A DNA stretch of 60,918 nucleotides, counting the filler, from Globobulimina sp. (Eukaryota), in the NCBI GenBank assembly GCA_003354225.1. It is 11 parts of 11 records of this genome, joined end to end, with 100 filler letters (N's around TTAATTAATTAA, not from the genome) between each part and the next. Parts side by side here need not be neighbours in the genome. Positions count along the whole stretch, not along the records: positions 11,105 to 16,554 come from PIVH01000564.1; positions 16,655 to 22,104 come from PIVH01000565.1; positions 22,205 to 27,653 come from PIVH01000566.1; 8 more parts are not named here. The stretch is one strand, 5' to 3'. Shown here piece after piece: positions 11,105-22,640 of this stretch. Position 1 is the first letter of the stretch, and each line of letters starts with the position of its first letter. The notes below the pieces were generated by a model that was not told the origin of the DNA, did no database searches, and saw nothing but the letters and a program-made list of their open reading frames with translations. The translations under genes were made by a program, and so were the position numbers.

Positions 11105-14100
11105 TTATTATTATTATTATCGATATCATCATTGCAATGTACAGATACAGAGTCAGAGTCAGGCGAAGCGGACGTTTTTCTTAGCAATTTTTGAGTGATC
11201 GAATCATGAACGAAGGACCACTTAAATAATTGGAAGGTCTGTGGTAATAAAATGAGCGCCGTATCCACGAACTTGCACACTGATAATAACAATGCCTTAT
11301 CCGACGAGCTTTCGAATGCGCGAATTGTCTCAGTAATAATTAACGGCCAAATCGGGGACAAATTAGTGACATCGATGCGTGTCAACAACACACGCAAACA
11401 TACAAAAACTTGGCAATATAACTTTTCCGCATTTAGAATTTTCAGACTTTCCACCAATTTCTCTAAGATGGTATTCAAATATCTGCCATATTGGTCCCTC
11501 CGCCCTGCGTGGATCACAAACGCCAATCTCTTTAATTGCTTCGTTCTGTTCTCGACGTCGACGATGTGTTTATTGAATAATACGTTGATTGTATTGCTGG
11601 GATTGTTCAATAACTCGTATTTCAATTTGGATTTATCGCATTCGATGACGGAGCCAATGATCCATTGCCAATGATGTAAGGTCGAGATGTCGCAATAAAT
11701 AAAAAACTTATCACAGATAAAATAGTTCCATGCCTCGCGAATATATGTCTTATGGCAATGTGAGCGATATTGTTGGATGGATAACGAACTGAGAATGGAT
11801 CCGTATCCGTTCAAAAATAGTATATTATCTTTGGATAAGTTGCTCAAAATATGCGATAAGTGATTGATCACCGAATACAAGATATTATTAATCGAGTCAG
11901 TGTCGAATACGTTTTTATTATCCTTATCCTCGACGATGGTGCTTTCTTTCCTGAACACTTGATGCAAAAACAGAGATAACATGTTTGCCAAAACGCGGAT
12001 GGACGCCAGCGAGACACCTAAGGTCGGACTGGAATAAACACGCGGAATGTGACTGTTGTATACTTTCTGGGATAGGTTCTCTTGAGATATGGAGGCTGAC
12101 TCATCATTATTTAAAGCAGGCCCGCTCAGTACCAGCGGGGTCATATTATTGTTGTTGCGGTTCGTAGTGTGCTGGTTATGCGATAGTAATAATTGTTGGA
12201 TCCAGTCGGGTAAAGGAGGGAAGTCGTTGCTGTGATGCTGTCTGGAAGGGACAAAAAATAATATCGGCGGCAAACAGCTCGGATCGCTCACTTTGCTCTG
12301 GTTTTGTTGATATTTATCAGAATGGCCAGCCACATCTGCTATTTTCTGGCATATTAGTTTTGTAATGGAGATGAACGATTTCTTTCTCTGTTTGTCACTC
12401 ATTAATTTCACACCAAATCTTTGGATAATCCGCTGTAAAATGGACAATATCCACAAATAAGCCATCGGATGGGACGAGTTGGAATTTAATATTTGCTCAA
12501 AATACTTCCGAATGCAATACCAGACCGTCACAATGGAATCAATTTGTTGAGCTTGGTTTGGCAGCGAATGGATATAATAATACATAAAATGTAACGGCGT
12601 GCATTCATTCATACGAACCAACATTGAGGTGTTTCGAATTTCTGATTTGTTAATATTAGCAATGGCAATGTCGCAAATCGAAGGCAGGACAACCTGCGGC
12701 GGTACGACCTCAATCAACTGATTCAATAAATTTAACACATTTTCATGTGGCTCACATTCGCGAGATAGCACACTATGACCGCCATAATTTAATATTAAAT
12801 TATGCTCATTCTCAGCCTCATTTTCATGCGACGGGTTCACACCGGATCGCATTTCCAACGCCCACACTTTGGCGGTATTCAACTCCTTCTCCCAATTATT
12901 TAACACCGCCACAAAGACCAAAGTGTTATGGCGCTGAAAAAAGGGCGTCAGTAAACCAATAATTTGCTGTTGAATCTGACGAATATGTAACTCGTCCACT
13001 TCCTTTCTGAGTCGCCGCGACGTGGAATGCGACATTGTCCGATCAAATAAACTGTTCCTCCGCCCATTGTTTGATGAGAAGCTATTCGCTGAATGCAATG
13101 CACTCATATAATTATTCTGATTATTATCACAGACAAAAGAAGCAGTGGTTCGCCCCCAAGCTACACATAAACACTCCATTATCATTGGCCACGATCGAAA
13201 TAATTTCATTTCAGTCTCAATCAAAAAGGCTGGCCGTTCCATATTTTTCTCTTTCTGCTCCTCCTCGTTCAGATTTTTGTTATTATTCTTCTTCATGGCG
13301 GCTGTGGCCAATCCAAAGGTTAATATGTGAACCATCCACGTCCCGGCATTGAAATCCGTGTCTTCGTTGATTTGCATATTGCTCTGTGGATTGCGGGTCA
13401 GTTTCTTTAATAACACTGCCATGCCATCTAGCAAATGTTTCATGTGTTGGATGTTATTATTATTCGACACTTCCTTGCATAAAACATTGAATAATGTCAG
13501 AATAAAATGGGATAATCCTTTCTTAATATAATCACAGGAAAAGGTGCAAAATCGCAAGAAATGCTTCAAGGGATACAGTTGGATTTGCATGTCGCCTAAT
13601 TTCAATTTACAACTTTGCTGAATTCCATTTAAAATGGTGTTTGTAAAAAATTGGCTGCAAAAAATATCGGGTTCGCCAATAAATAAAATGTCAGCTTCGT
13701 TAGTCCCCGCAGTCGACTCTTGTTTGTCAGATTCTGTTTGGAACTGCTTTTTATGTTTATTCTCATTTGGATTTGGGTTCGGATCCACTCTCCGATAGCT
13801 CACAATTATTAACTCCTGCAACAGGGACAACAGTTCAATCTGAAATAGATATTGCTTTTCCTGAATCGCAATCGATAATTGATGGATAATGGTGGCTGTG
13901 ATGGACGACGCTAACTTGGCACAACGCAAATTATGCCCAAACTGTTGGAACAATCGACGCAAAAACTCAATGGCAATGGTCCGCACTCTCAAGCCAGAAT
14001 TTTGAACATCTCCACTGGTTTTTGGGTGGACATTGCCGCGAATATATTTCAAGCCAATCAATACCAACACATCCAAATAATCCCTGCATTCAAACGAAGG

Positions 14101-16554
14101 CAAATATAAACTGGACGTCCTGTTCACACTTAATTGCAATTTAATGTCTTGCTCAGTTTTGTCAGTGTCAACCACAGATTGTAGATGATTCTGTAAGTGA
14201 TTGGTAGACAAAGTGCAGCCGTGCAACAATAACTTATCGATTATATTGGTGGTCAATGCACAGTGCGTGCAGCTGCTGATCAGTTTATTCCCCATAGAAA
14301 TCACAATGGACAGCAACTTCTTCAACGTATCAGAGGCTAAACGGGGATCATACCATTGATTATATTGATAGATTTCGGGTCCAATGGGTATGGTTGTCGT
14401 GGAGCTCTCCAATAATTCCAACAACATTGGATCTAAGACCCGCGGCGGAATGGACAGCGACTCCGTCAGCCATTGCGTGGCTATGTTGTGTATCAAAGGT
14501 CTGTCGTCGGAACAGGCCGCCAACATAATATAAACAATCTCGTTCCAATAATATCTCAAACCGTGCTCGCCGTCTATTTCACCCATAATGCGGTACAAAG
14601 TACAGAAACGCTGATAAGTCTCTGCCAATATGTTGACATTGTATTTGTTGTTGGTATGGCGTAGGTTGACAATGGATGTGCTGATCACACGTTGCACGCA
14701 GCAATAATGAATATCTGCCATCGACATTAATAACTTGGCAATCTGATAGTTAATGGCAGAGGATTTGGACGGTTCGATGAGTTGCCATAACCGGCTGCTT
14801 ATATTCTTGCAGGAGGACTGTTCTTTGGGTAAGAAAGTATACGAATTGATTAGTTTCAACCAGATTTGCGCTCCACACAGCACCAACTGCTCACATTTGC
14901 AAACATACACACACTTCTCCGCAAATTCTAAATGTTGCGTGATGACACTGGTTAATTGTTGGCACATTTCAGGCTTCTCTTCGTTGTCCTTTTTAAAGTC
15001 ATCCACGCTGATATTTTGTGCGTTGATTACGATTTGTAACAATTGGAAATTTAGCTCAATCACTTCCAATTCCAATCGATTAAGCATTTCAGTTCTGGGC
15101 GACTGTGGCGACAATACCTTGCCATACTCACTAGTTTTTGAGTCAGTGTCTTTGAGGTTTTCCAAAGATGGGATGACGGCGACGGAATGACTCAGATAAG
15201 CGATGATGTGCTCGTTGGGAATATTTGCTGCTTTTTTGCCTAATCTTTGAAACAATTTTAAACAAAACCTGATGCCTTGAATTCGTGTATCGCCAATTAA
15301 CAATGTATGCAGTTTGGATAATACATCACCGACCAAACACGCCACGTCCTTATCAATGTCACTATATTTCTGTTGAGAGTCCATACTAATAATATCTGCC
15401 TGTTCTAACTGCGCAATGCTGTCAGCAATCTCATCTCTGCGACTTACGATTGGTATAAAATCTAAGGCAAAGTCAATTAATTCAATGGCTTTCAGCAAGG
15501 TAACATTGCATGCATCAGATCTATTGATCCAATGCGACTCAATAAATGATGAATGATGTCGGACATTATTCGGAATGTCAATCGTTAAAAGTGGCTTAAA
15601 TTTGCGTTTGGTCGGTGATATTTCGGCTAAATCTTCATCATTAATTATAATCTCCTCACCATCACGGTCACCATCACCGTCACCGCAATCATCTGGCATA
15701 TCATTCTCATCCTCGTTGCAGTCAGGCGTGCTTTGCACAAATTGATTATATTTTGACTGTACCATACCTCGCAGCCATTGCATGGTGTGATGAGTATCAA
15801 TCTGTGCATATATTAATTGCGTCGATTGTATGACCGCTTGAAAGCAAGTAATGGCCGCCAAATTGGTAGGGTCCGCCATGGAATTTGGTTCAAATGAATA
15901 TGCATATTGCAAGATCTTGGAATGTAAACGTTGGATCAATTTGGAGGACCGGATCTCATTCCGATCAATCAATATCTTCAACAAATTCAATGGCGAAGTC
16001 ATATATTGTTCCGCATTCACATTGTCGTCGTTATCAAAGTAAGTCAACTTTTTAAAGATAGCCAAGCCGGGAACAGGCAGTGAGTGATTAGTCTGATCCA
16101 TAAATGAGTGTTCACTCTGTATGCCCGAGTCTGCAGTACTTAATCCAACCAAATTAATATCGCCGCTTCTGTCCAAATACAACCTGAAAGCGTCCACAAT
16201 AATATTCTCAGAGTATTCTGACAATAAAGGCACCGTCATCTCACTCAACCCTTCATTGTTGCCGGTATTCTCTGTCAAAACATCATCAGACATATTATTG
16301 ATATGCTCCTCTGAGTCCATAGACGACGCAGATAACGACACATCAATTTTATTTGGGGACGAACTGGTGGTCGTAATGGGTTCCATATCATTGGTATTCA
16401 CATTCAACAGCCACGAATATATCCGTCTGTTCACCGAAACTTCGCGAAACAGCATAACCGGCAACAATCCGTGAACTAATAATAATATTTGCCGCGGCTC
16501 CAACTTGCTTAACAATACCTCATTGAGCTGGAAGTGCGCATTTAATAAATCTAA
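11105..16554 (-). CDS. DOP1: Dopey family protein, partial at both ends
   Basis: N-terminal SVNRRIYSWLL and C-terminal LKRLAFVIHAG..DQY..L..ILEKLVE..VFVCLRVLL.R....L..IWPLIITE match Dopey/Pad-1. Frame is open across the whole contig. Confidence 0.9.
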
Positions 16555-16667
16555 NNNNNNNNNNNNNNNNNNNNNNNNNNNNNNNNNNNNNNNNNNNNTT
16601 AATTAATTAANNNNNNNNNNNNNNNNNNNNNNNNNNNNNNNNNNNNNNNNNNNNGGGGAAAGTGATT

Positions 16668-16730
16668 AACATGTTCAACATGTTGTGGGTCAGCAACATG
16701 TTGAACATGTTGTGAATTTTGTTCAACATG
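16668..16730. repeat. Perfect 18-bp inverted repeat built from AACATGTT palindromes
   Basis: aacatgttcaacatgttg (16668-16685), 8-nt loop, caacatgttgaacatgtt (16694-16711); a further gttcaacatg at 16721-16730. Confidence 0.9.
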
Positions 16731-16825
16731 CAGTCATTTTGAGAGTTTCTATTGTACAGAATGAAAATCTCTTAGAAAGTGTCCACACTCTTTCCCTTTA
16801 ATTGAATACACTGTGTATTATACAG

Positions 16826-18308
16826 GTTGCAATATTGGTGATTGGTAATGCAGGCACTGGTAAATCATCACTCATTGGTTTACTTTCCGGACAAAAAACA
16901 ACTGCGGCGGATGGAGCAAAAAGAGGAACTGAGGCAACATCAACTTTCCATAGCAAATATAATAGTAATATATATTTTATTGATAGTGTTGGTCTTCAAG
17001 ATTACGATGTAAATTGTGGAGATGCTGAGTTATTGAAAAATACATTAAAATATATGCATTATCAAAGATTTTATCGAATTAAAATCATATTATGTGTTTC
17101 TGGTGATACTAATGCAAGACAAGGATTATTTGGAAATGTTTCAAGATTTATTGGTAAGTTAAGAGTATATGATGAAGCACCGCCGATATATGCATGCAAT
17201 CCAACTGATGATGAAGTGGAAATTGATAATATTTGGAACAGTGTCCTAATCATTAAGAAAGGTACAAGAAAGGGAATAGATCCTGAAGACATTGATGATT
17301 TTAGTGGTGTTATGTCTGCAGCAAAGGATAATGGAGCTACAAAGACATTCAATGATGTCAGGCATATATTTGCATTCACGTGTACTGATTGGATGCCCCT
17401 TGCAAAGCAACAGAAAGCATATAAGACTTCGCAGCCAGGAGAGTATGAAAAGTTTGGTGTATATATAGCTCTCTTTCTGTTGTGTGCTAATTATTAATTA
17501 TATAATATAAAAAAGAGAAGGATATTTTACCGAACAAGGCGCAAAAAAAGCCATTGAAAATAAATTAAATTCGTTACCATCATTTGAATTGAAATTTAGA
17601 AAAGAAGAGTGCGCTAAATGTGGAACCAAAGGTGACTCCCGATATGTTACAGCACCGTGTCACACCAAATCAGATTATTTTCATATTAAACCATTAGCAT
17701 TTTATCATTCTGGTGTACAAAGACCAAAGCATTCAGGAACACTGGGTGTTAAAACCGTTCATATTGGACAAGCGCATACTGGGCATACGATAAAAGCCCA
17801 CAAAGAGCAACAAGAAGCAGTCCATCCAGGTGAAATACAGACATCATCTGTTAGACGTGTTTCAGCTTTTGTTTTTACTTTGTCATTGTCAGACTGGTAC
17901 TTTTGGAAAGCAAAAGAATGGAAATGGTATGATTGTTGTAATTCATATGTTGGGAATGCAACACCGTGTGCAATGCGATGGTCGTGTTGTGGTCAACGTC
18001 CAGGTGTCCGCATATGTACATCGCCATATGCAAGAGAAATATGGACTTGTTGCGATGGAAGCAAATTATCGCGGGGATGTTCAAAGATTACAGAGGATAA
18101 ACTGAAATGGGATTGTTGTGATCAACCAGCCGGAACAAATGGATGTGAAATGTTATGGAATTGTTGCAATAAAAGAGGGTCAGATGGTGGATGTAAAGTA
18201 TCTCATCCTTGTTGTCATCGAAAAGCGAATAGTAAAGGATGTAAACGGAAATGTGTCAACTGTAAGATTGATTGGGGAAATGGTCCGGGATGTATTGATG
18301 CCGAATAA
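16826..18308 (+). CDS. AIG1/MMR_HSR1-like P-loop GTPase with His/Cys-rich C-terminal repeats
   Basis: GNAGTGKSS (G1), GT (G2), FIDSVG (G3). Phase-1 intron 17457-17520 joins the WxCC-repeat ORF in frame (EKFG|YFTEQG). Likely acceptor at 16824-16825; start codon not located. Confidence 0.8.
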
Positions 18309-18382
18309 TTGTGTATTCTTTGTATATTATAATTATAAATAAATATTGCACTGGGATCTAGTCCGCTACTTTAGTAGTCATC

Positions 18383-19553
18383 ATGTCTGAATATTCAAAA
18401 TTCCCGAAACTCCACCAATCCCTCAATTCAATTCCTCTCAACGTCTCATGGAATGAAGTGATTACAACCTATCCCTCATTATCTCATTACCAGTGGGCCA
18501 TATTTTTCTGCGTCATCTCGGCATCCATCCGGCTAATTTCCTACATAATATCCAAATTAATTGCACGCCGTCTCATCGGATACTCGCGATACCCGCCGTT
18601 ACCCTCCAAATTCAAGATATCCCTTTCATCCTATTATCTCAAATTGGGTCAACATGTCAACTACAAAAAACACATAAAAATACATAAATATCATATGGCA
18701 ACTCTATCAGAAAAATACTGTGATTCACAATTATCCCCAACCCAAATAACATCATGGTTTGTGGCCTGCAACTTATTCCATGCTCGCAATAGATTGCAAC
18801 GGAAGAAATTTCGAGAATATCTATTTCCCATTTTTATAAAAAGTATAGGTCTCTCCTTTGGCATTTATGCACTGCATGAAAAGCAATGGCTGTATGATCG
18901 TTCTCTATTTTACGATGGTTGGCCAAACCAACAAAATCTTAAACACATTCCTGATATCAAATTGTTATATCTTTTCAATTGCGGCTATTATATGTATCGC
19001 ATTATCAGGTTTGCACTCTGTACGTATTCATTTTGGCAAAATGCAAAAACAAAAACGTTAAATAAGCAGTTCGTTTTTGATTGATCGCAAAGTGAAGAAA
19101 TACTTTGTAGCTCAAGTCATCCATCATTGGGTCTCATTCATTTTGATAGTTTTGTCATATTATTATGGATTTATCCGCGTCGGTGCGGTCATTTTATTAT
19201 TGCACGACCCGGCTGACATTGTGTTGCAATCTGCCAAATTTTGTAAATTGATAAGGATTGAATGGCTTTGCAATTTTTTGTTTGCTTTGTTGTGTGTGAC
19301 ATGGTTATCGACGCGAATTATAATCTATCCATATCACTGCGTATTGTCGAGTTTTATTGATTTTTGGAGGCAACATGGTAATTGCAATGAGGATGTGAGG
19401 ATTACTGCCTATGTGCTGACGAGCTTAATGTGCATTTTATATGGTTTGCATTTGCATTGGTTCAAGTTGTTAATCCAAGCAATTATACGAATTATTAAAG
19501 GCGAAGGGGTGGTGGATGAAAGAAGTGACACTGATGAAGCCAAGAAAAAGTGA
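18383..19553 (+). CDS. Ceramide synthase (LAG1/TLC domain), 2 exons
   Basis: Lag1 motif IHHWVSFILIVLSY..RVGAVILLLHDPADIVLQSAK; C-terminal DERSD. Phase-2 intron 19009-19069 (or ending 19066). Confidence 0.92.
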
Positions 19554-19746
19554 TATTCATTTTTAGTTCTATTTATTTTAGTATTTGACTGTGAACAGCA
19601 TTATTTAGTGTAAAGGCTATATATGAATATCGTTTCTACAAAAATTATCGTTGTGTGCAAGGATACGAAACAATACAATCAGTCTGACACAAAATATGTG
19701 ACTCATAAAAAACTTTATCTGTCGGCTTGAGTCTGAGCATCAGAGC

Positions 19747-21912
19747 ATGTGGTTCATTGAAGGAACTCTCAACAATACACCATTCAGCAAGTTAATCCAA
19801 TTCCGCACCAAACGCGATCCAAAAGACTCCAATAAACAAATTGACGATCCATTTGTCATCGGACGTCGCGAAGGTGATTTGATTTATTCGTCCGATCGTC
19901 GAGTATCCCGAATCCATGCACATATTCATATAATTATAATTAACAACATTGAAAAACCAAAATTATATTTAACAGACTTATCAAAATTCGGTACCAAAAT
20001 AAACAACAAAGCCATAACAAAAAAGCAACGACATGAATTATTTGAAAACGACACCATTTGTGTGGGAATATCCACCTCCATATTCACCATCAAATGGGTG
20101 CCATTCATCGCTTTATTTTCGAAAATCCCTTCTGAACAACGCAAATCTATGAAAATAATCATACAAAAAATGGGTGGTCTGATCTCAAACAGCAATGCAA
20201 ATGAATGGAATAATAATGTCACACATTTGTTCGTACCACACAACACTGTAAATATTACACAAAAGGTAATCTCTGCCATCATAAATGAGAAATATATTGT
20301 AACCAATGAGTGGTTAAAATATGTTTTAAAAAATGGAGAATTTCCATCCGAATCCGCTACAAAAAAATATATCCCCTCCAATCTCATAGAATGGCTGCAA
20401 AAGGGACACAAAAATGAACTTAAATATGGTGTAAATCGTAAAGAGCTATTTAGTGGGAAATTGTTTATATTTATACACAGCAAATTGTTAACTACGCATA
20501 GTAATATTATACAGCAATGTGGTGGCAAATGTGTATTGTACAATGCACACGAATTACGAGACAAGATTGAGAGTGAGATATTTAACAATGATAATGGAGT
20601 GACTGCATTTTGTATATTCGACGATAGCAACGCAAGCAATGCCTCCATTGATGGGTATAAACGTTTTAATCCGTCGTGCATTGCCAATGCAATCTGTTGT
20701 TGCAATGTGAATGGATCAGAAATGGAACTGGAATGGAACTGTGCCGTCAAAAAAGCGGAGAAAAAGGAGCAATTAGAAGAGAGTGTGAGCGATGTATTGG
20801 ATTTGTTGATGATGGATTGCGATGAAAATGATGCAAATGAAGCAACTGTCACTGTTAAACACGAAAATAAAAAAAGAAAAAGGGATATGAGTGTCGGTGG
20901 GGATGACGAATTCGCGTCGCCTCCAATAAAAAGACACAAACCATCAACAAATGCGGTCGCAGCGCCAGTGCCCATTGCAAAGACACAGAGTGTATCGCCA
21001 CAAAAGGAGGTGGTTGCAGATGGTGGGAGGAGAGGGAGGAAATTAAATTGTTCGCAGTTTACATCGATAAAGAGATTAAAAGAAGCGAGGCGCACCGCTT
21101 CGTGCGTATATACTTCAGCGATTTATAGGAATTTAAGTATTATGATTGACAGAGACAGGGACAAAAACAAAGGAGAGATAAAAAAAGAAGTGAAGAGGAA
21201 GAGGAAGAACAAGAAGAGCAAGAAAAGTAAGTTGGGCTTTAAGGATTTGTGCGGCAGAAAGAATTTGCGCAATGAGTACGAAGATGAGGATGCGTACTAT
21301 GACGAGGATAAAATATTGGAGAAACAGAAGGAATTATATTCGAATGATAATATTTTAGGAATACAAAAGGAATTTATCGAAATGGAGTTGGTGGTGGATG
21401 ATAATGATGGGAATGAATCACGATTGCAATTAAATGATAGTAAGTTGCCACAGAAAGCATTGCAACAACCAAATTATAAGACATTTAAAGGAAATCCAAA
21501 TTATTTGGCTGCCATCGAGTCGCGGTTAAAGAATATGGTTGAATTTGACTATGATTTTAATAAAAATTCCAATGAAGAGAATGAATATGAGTTTGATGAT
21601 ACGGAGTTTAGGAAACAAAGGAAAAGAGAGGAGGAGCAAGAAGAGGAAATTCATCACTTGTTTGAGTCGAAAAAGAGAGCCAAAAAAGTAACACCAAAAC
21701 GTAGAATTGCGAGGGAAAAAACGAAAACGAAAACAAGTGCAAAGAAAAGCGCAGGGAGAGGAAGGAAAAGAAAAAGAAAAGAAAGTGATAGTGATCTCGA
21801 ACTTGACAGTGATGACATTGAAATATTGGATAATAATCATAATAAAAAAAAGAGGAAAAAGTTAGCTTTATCAAAAACTACAAAAAGTAGACGGCAAAGA
21901 TATGGTCGATGA
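19747..21912 (+). CDS. NBS1: Nibrin-like protein (FHA + tandem BRCT)
   Basis: FHA motifs IGR..SRIH..DLSKFGTKIN; BRCT motifs MGG..VTHL..IVTNEWL; NYKTFK resembles the Mre11-binding NFKxFxK motif. Confidence 0.85.
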   Translation: MWFIEGTLNNTPFSKLIQFRTKRDPKDSNKQIDDPFVIGRREGDLIYSSDRRVSRIHAHIHIIIINNIEKPKLYLTDLSKFGTKINNKAITKKQRHELFENDTICVGISTSIFTIKWVPFIALFSKIPSEQRKSMKIIIQKMGGLISNSNANEWNNNVTHLFVPHNTVNITQKVISAIINEKYIVTNEWLKYVLKNGEFPSESATKKYIPSNLIEWLQKGHKNELKYGVNRKELFSGKLFIFIHSKLLTTHSNIIQQCGGKCVLYNAHELRDKIESEIFNNDNGVTAFCIFDDSNASNASIDGYKRFNPSCIANAICCCNVNGSEMELEWNCAVKKAEKKEQLEESVSDVLDLLMMDCDENDANEATVTVKHENKKRKRDMSVGGDDEFASPPIKRHKPSTNAVAAPVPIAKTQSVSPQKEVVADGGRRGRKLNCSQFTSIKRLKEARRTASCVYTSAIYRNLSIMIDRDRDKNKGEIKKEVKRKRKNKKSKKSKLGFKDLCGRKNLRNEYEDEDAYYDEDKILEKQKELYSNDNILGIQKEFIEMELVVDDNDGNESRLQLNDSKLPQKALQQPNYKTFKGNPNYLAAIESRLKNMVEFDYDFNKNSNEENEYEFDDTEFRKQRKREEEQEEEIHHLFESKKRAKKVTPKRRIAREKTKTKTSAKKSAGRGRKRKRKESDSDLELDSDDIEILDNNHNKKKRKKLALSKTTKSRRQRYGR

Positions 21913-22204
21913 TGTGCTTGTTTTTTAACAATATTGTCAATAAATATTATACATTCCCACCTTTAATATTCTCAGCAATTCTGGTCACACTTAAACAACA
22001 TTTAAAGTGATCTAGCCATCATATTATTATATTTAGCTTGCTGAAATACAATTTAAACCTTTAGCAATGGAAATTTCACAAGTTCTTGCTATTACTGCAG
22101 TTACNNNNNNNNNNNNNNNNNNNNNNNNNNNNNNNNNNNNNNNNNNNNTTAATTAATTAANNNNNNNNNNNNNNNNNNNNNNNNNNNNNNNNNNNNNNNN
22201 NNNN

Positions 22205-22588
22205 ACGTTTTTTTTGGCGAGTTTGAGCAAACTCAGTTCGTTTGCTGTTGTTTGATTCATCCAAAATCCAAATCGGTTTCATATTACGCGTACCCCAATG
22301 GACAGACTTACATCCGAGTTTTCCGAATAATACGTGGAAGGACGATGTTCCTGCTTTCGGCAAACCCAACAAAATTATTTTTTTGCCATTGTTTTCATCA
22401 CAAACACATGGTTCATACGGATGCAGTATGGAATCATTGGATTCATTTAGCAGTGAATCGTCTGCAATATATGCATAGGAATGGCTTATCGGTTGTGATA
22501 ACCAAGAGTATGAAATGAAACCAATGTCGAGCAAACATATTACAATCATGATGACGATAAAAAGTGGTCGTTTGAGCGTTTCTGTCAT
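22205..22588 (-). CDS. Type II membrane sulfotransferase-like protein, partial
   Basis: N-terminal TM anchor, then KIILLGLPKAGTSSF (PAPS-binding-like) and SVHW. Confidence 0.7.
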
Positions 22589-22640
22589 TGTGACTCTAGT
22601 AATTTTACTAAGAAAATCTTAGTTAGCTCTGTGTAGCATA

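Noticed and set aside
19926-21095. Long antisense ORFs (also 597-1238, 25081-26094, 57169-57813 and 58304-58873)
   Set aside because: Shadow or alternative frames of real genes and repeats, with no motifs of their own.
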